In this document: positions 60,491 to 64,000 of the stretch, one piece after another | Numbering within the stretch: position 1 is the first letter of the stretch | How the letters are laid out: every line of letters begins with the position of its first letter | DNA from: Candidatus Hydrogenedentota bacterium | GTDB lineage: Bacteria > Hydrogenedentota > Hydrogenedentia > Hydrogenedentales > JAEUWI01 | Length of the DNA stretch: 64,000 nucleotides | Reading direction: 5' to 3' | Assembly: GCA_034669905.1 (NCBI GenBank) | Contig: JAXMOL010000041.1 | Span: 11,934 to 75,933, forward strand | Program-made: the position numbers and the translations under genes | Notes under the pieces: model-generated | Told to the model about the DNA's origin: nothing | The model's input: the letters and a program-made list of their open reading frames with translations, nothing else | Databases searched by the model: none

Positions 60491-60696
60491 GGGGACAGCC
60501 CCGACGTCCGGGTGGGTGTGAGTAGGCGACGTGGTGAGGTTGGCCACTGGGTGCTTTGGGTTGGACAGGGTTGATTGCGTCGGTGCAGTCCCCGGGGTTG
60601 GCCCCGACGTCCGGGTGGGTGTGGGTAGGCGACGTGGTGAGGTTGGCCACTGGGTGCTTTGGGTTGGACTGGGTTGATTGCGTTGGTGCAGTCCCC
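60491..60696 (+). mobile_element. Two head-to-tail 103-bp family A elements (60491-60593, 60594-60696)
   Basis: Near-identical tandem copies with family A ends. Confidence 0.8.
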
Positions 60697-60778
60697 GCCG
60701 GACAAAGACACGCCGCATTGCTGCGACGTGTCATCTGTCCCACGGGTCTCACTTGTCCCACCGGTCCCACAGGGACTT

Positions 60779-63388
60779 CTATTCTTTTATCAACCAGGCT
60801 TCCGACACCAGGGTGCCCCAGCCGCCGGAGTTGCGCCATTGTTCGACGGTGACGCGATCGCCCCGGGCCACGTCGGCGGCCCGTTCGAGGCGGATGGTTA
60901 CGGTGCCATCTTTCGTAGCGGATTTCGGAATGTCGAAGGTGAAGAAGTCACTCTTCTGAAGGGGCAACACCACATCCTTTGCGATGATTTCATCGTCGGC
61001 GTAAATGGTCTGGGACTTCTGGTTCATCCGCATGGCGTAGCGCTCCTGGAACCAGGGGCGCACGAGGGTCAGGCGGATTTTATAGGTCGCGTCGGGATCG
61101 AGGTCCCGGTATTCCAAGGTCACGCCCTGATCTTCGTCCTGGGTGAAGTGCATGGAACGCTGGCTCGGGCGGTTGCCTTCGTCCAGCATCTGGGGCACAT
61201 AGGGCTGACCGTGATCGTAGGGGTAGCCGAAGACCACGTTGGGCGCGGGGTTGGCGGTGCCGAGGTTGTCGTAGTGTCCGCCGGGGCCGGGGTTTTCGTA
61301 GTCGGTGATCATGCGGAGGAGTGCGACCTTCTCGTCGCCCGTGGCGGCCTTTGCCCGCTCCAGTTGACGCTTGAGCCAGCCCAGGCCCACGTAATCGTGC
61401 GTGAGATTGAAGAGCCCGTCATTGCGCACGCCGTAGAGCGCGTTACTCTCTTCGCCCCACTGGAGCGCCGCCTCGCGCAAGGCCGTCATCACATCCGTTT
61501 CACCGAGTTCGTCGATCAGGGGAAGCACGGCGTCGATCACGTCGTTGTGGTCGCCCGATTCCAGGGCGGCCCCGACCTGCTCTTCGATGGTAGCCAGTAG
61601 TTTCACCTGCTGCTGCGCATCCAGTTGGATATAGACGTCCAGCGCGCCCTTCTGCATATATTCGCGCCAGAGCCAATTGCCCTCCATCACGTGGGCGGGC
61701 ATCTTCACACCCGCCGCTTTCACGTGGTCATAGTAGGCACGAATACTTTCTTTTTCCGGCAAAGGCTCACCGGGGATTTCCTCCATATTGCGCTCCAGCA
61801 GATAGAGAGCGGCGGCCATATCGTCCGCGGCCTCAGGGCCAAACCAGGTGCGGCAATATTCGTCCACCACTTCTTCCACCGTCATGCGGGGATTAAACAA
61901 GAGCCGCTGCCACATCCATTGATTGAAGTGATCGTGGTGTCCGCTCGAGTGGGTGATGTCCCCCACGCCATAGGGCATGAGGTCGTTGAAGACCCGGTGG
62001 TAAAAGCGGGGCCAGGCGTAAAGAGTGAGGCGGTTATAGACCATGGTGAGGAACTGGTCGGGCTGGCGCTCATAGATTTCGTGGCTCCAGTGGGGCGGCA
62101 GGTCGCCGTTCTTGTCGGCCCGGGGATACATCTGGATGTAGGCATGTTGGGCATACTTCCAGTGGGTGATTTCGTTGTAGTAGACCAGCGCGTGACGGCC
62201 CGGCATCTGGCGGATAAGTTCCTTCGGGTAGAGCCCATAGGGGCCATAGCCGGGGTAGCGGAAGAGATCCATTCGGTGGGTCTGGCGGTGGCCCGGTTGC
62301 CAGCTCGCGGCGTCCGAACCAGGACCATAGCCCCAGGCCCAGAGCCAATCACGGGGTGTTTCGTTCAGGTAGTCGAGGATGGCGTTGTCGTCGTCGTTCT
62401 GAAATTTCTGGTTGGTGAAATAGATGCGGGTCTCGGGGTGGTACTTGTGGATGACGGCCGCCATGGCTTCCACGGTCTTGATGAAGATGAGGCCATAGGG
62501 CTTGCAGTCGTCACATTCACAACCGCCGCCATCGCCGCCGTGGAACTTGACGAAGTCATAGCTCGGGCTGTTCTTAAACTCGGCTTCGCATTTCTCGATC
62601 ATGTGCTTTCGTGCTTCGGGAATGGAAAGGCAGACGTAGCCCTTGCGTCCGATGGACTCGGAGGCCACCCACTCCGGTTTGTCGGCGGGCAGGCCCGTGT
62701 TGGCGCCGAAGCCTCCCTGGGTCATGAGGCCGTAGGACTTAATGCGGTCATATATAGGCCCGGCGTCGACCGAGAAGACATTGGCGCCCGCGAGGGCGTA
62801 ATCGAGGATCATCCGCATGGTCTCGTCTTCGGTCCAGGGGCGCACTTTGGCGAGTTTCTGGGCCACCCCACTCTGGCCGTATTGGGTACCGCGGATTTCG
62901 AAGGCTGGCGCGGTGCGTACCTCGAGCGTGTCGGGCACGGTGATGTGGTCGGCGTGGAAGACGGTCTGGCGGAGCAATTCGCCCACGGCGTAAAGGCAGC
63001 CCCGTTCGTCCATACCGGCGGCGAGGAGGAAGGGCGCGTCGCCGTCCGTGATGGCCCGGAGGAGGAAGCCTTCCGGGCCGGGGGCGAGTTCGGTGAGGGG
63101 GCTAATGCGCCGTGTTTCGAAGGCGTCGGTGATGGCCGCGTGGTGGGCCGGGATGCCGAGGAGAATGGTGGTGCTATCGGGGGCGGGCTTTGTGGCGACG
63201 CGCACGTCGAGGGGGGCGCCTTCGGCCAGCCGGTCGGCGAGGAGTTGGGCGATGTTCTTTTCGACGTCGGTGGCTTGTTCGCCCACGACAATGGAGACCG
63301 AGGTGGTGTCGAAGGCCAGGGCGGCACTGGCCAGGGTGAGGGTGGCCAGGATGGTCAAGAGTCGTGGGTTGAGAATTCGTGAAAACAT
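60779..63388 (-). CDS. Secreted putative glycoside hydrolase-like protein (GH20/GH67-type N-terminal domain, CxCxxC, C-terminal CBM-like)
   Basis: Signal peptide from ATG 63388; PGPEGFLL..LAAGMDERGCLYAVGELLR..PAFEIRG; GGDGGGCECDDC. Confidence 0.65.
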   Translation of the reverse strand: MFSRILNPRLLTILATLTLASAALAFDTTSVSIVVGEQATDVEKNIAQLLADRLAEGAPLDVRVATKPAPDSTTILLGIPAHHAAITDAFETRRISPLTELAPGPEGFLLRAITDGDAPFLLAAGMDERGCLYAVGELLRQTVFHADHITVPDTLEVRTAPAFEIRGTQYGQSGVAQKLAKVRPWTEDETMRMILDYALAGANVFSVDAGPIYDRIKSYGLMTQGGFGANTGLPADKPEWVASESIGRKGYVCLSIPEARKHMIEKCEAEFKNSPSYDFVKFHGGDGGGCECDDCKPYGLIFIKTVEAMAAVIHKYHPETRIYFTNQKFQNDDDNAILDYLNETPRDWLWAWGYGPGSDAASWQPGHRQTHRMDLFRYPGYGPYGLYPKELIRQMPGRHALVYYNEITHWKYAQHAYIQMYPRADKNGDLPPHWSHEIYERQPDQFLTMVYNRLTLYAWPRFYHRVFNDLMPYGVGDITHSSGHHDHFNQWMWQRLLFNPRMTVEEVVDEYCRTWFGPEAADDMAAALYLLERNMEEIPGEPLPEKESIRAYYDHVKAAGVKMPAHVMEGNWLWREYMQKGALDVYIQLDAQQQVKLLATIEEQVGAALESGDHNDVIDAVLPLIDELGETDVMTALREAALQWGEESNALYGVRNDGLFNLTHDYVGLGWLKRQLERAKAATGDEKVALLRMITDYENPGPGGHYDNLGTANPAPNVVFGYPYDHGQPYVPQMLDEGNRPSQRSMHFTQDEDQGVTLEYRDLDPDATYKIRLTLVRPWFQERYAMRMNQKSQTIYADDEIIAKDVVLPLQKSDFFTFDIPKSATKDGTVTIRLERAADVARGDRVTVEQWRNSGGWGTLVSEAWLIKE

Positions 63389-63493
63389 GGTAACAGACGC
63401 TCTCCAGGTAAAAGGGGGTAGAAAAACACTCGCGGGCCATTGTAGCGATTGACGGGGCCGATGGGAAATGGGTTGAATTGGAAATCCTAATCC

Positions 63494-63709
63494 CCCGTGC
63501 CACGCGATCCTGCGAAGCAGGATCGAAGATTCGCCGGAGGAGAATTCGTGTGCGTGGAGCAATTGTATTGGTGTGGCCCTCGGAGAGTACTCATTCGGCC
63601 GTTCTAACGGAGTAAGGGTGGTGTCGTTCGAAGCTAAACCCTTTTCAGGCCCATTGTTTATGTGTGCTCCATGCACACGAACCGGCAGGGCCGGATCGCG
63701 TGGCACGGG
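63494..63709. repeat. 216-bp REPIN-like element (family D) with perfect 17-bp inverted ends
   Basis: CCCGTGCCACGCGATCC...GGATCGCGTGGCACGGG; left arm matches the reverse complement of 3631-3696. Confidence 0.8.
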
Positions 63710-63744
63710 TAGTCCCTTTTTGGTGGGTAGAGAGGTTTTGATAG

Positions 63745-63987
63745 GGGGACGGCCCCGACGTCCGGGTGGGTGTGGGTAGGAGACGTGTTTGCTTTGGCCC
63801 TCGCGTGGTTTGTGTTGGGCTTGAGTTTTTTGCGTCGGTGCAGTCCCCCCTCTTCGAGGTGTTTCTTGAGTCGGAATTAAGAGGGGGACAGCCCCGACGT
63901 CCGGGTGGGTGTGGGTAGGAGACGTGTTTGCTTTGGCCCTCGCGTGGTTTGTGTTGGGCGTGAGTTTTTTGCGTCGGTGCAGTCCCC
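63745..63987 (+). mobile_element. Two 104-bp family A elements (63745-63848, 63884-63987)
   Basis: Near-identical copies with family A ends, 35 bp apart. Confidence 0.8.
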
Positions 63988-64000
63988 CCTCATCGAGGTG

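Noticed and set aside
60736..60776. Short GTCCCAC iterations after the tandem elements
   Set aside because: Three to four short imperfect copies, possibly part of a terminator region; not enough to call.
60491..63987. Tandem 103-104 bp units as a CRISPR array
   Set aside because: Only two units per locus, interiors duplicated rather than unique, ends asymmetric, no cas genes.

Overview
GC-rich bacterial chromosomal window. The protein style (many secreted glycan enzymes, Zn-ribbon N-termini, short TM+basic C-terminal tails) suggests Candidatus Hydrogenedentota or a PVC-like lineage; this is inference only. Centre: dnaN is flanked on both sides by DnaA-box clusters, with a DnaA-trio/AT-rich unwinding module and IHF-consensus sites. 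This is the probable oriC, yet dnaA, recF and gyrB are absent from the 64 kb. Left arm: a ~6800-aa surface adhesin (46 Bap-like Ig repeats; DNRLRE-like, cadherin, Ca-binding, BACON-like and Fn3 modules; C-terminal TM), directly preceded by a short paralog carrying only the same head domain plus its own anchor. It is followed by two Zn-ribbon proteins, a GH9, a LOG and a membrane spermidine-synthase-like protein. Also present: a STEAP-like membrane protein, two AbrB/VapC toxin-antitoxin pairs (one inserted with a duplicated, diverged gene 3' end, one apparently decaying), an orphan MshEN-GspE/PilB ATPase, MscS, a YegD-like Hsp70 and a BNR sialidase-like protein. Several interspersed REP/REPIN/MITE-like repeat families occur, including a fixed-length 102-104 bp element with conserved ends and variable interior. 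No rRNA, tRNA, CRISPR array or transposase was recognised.
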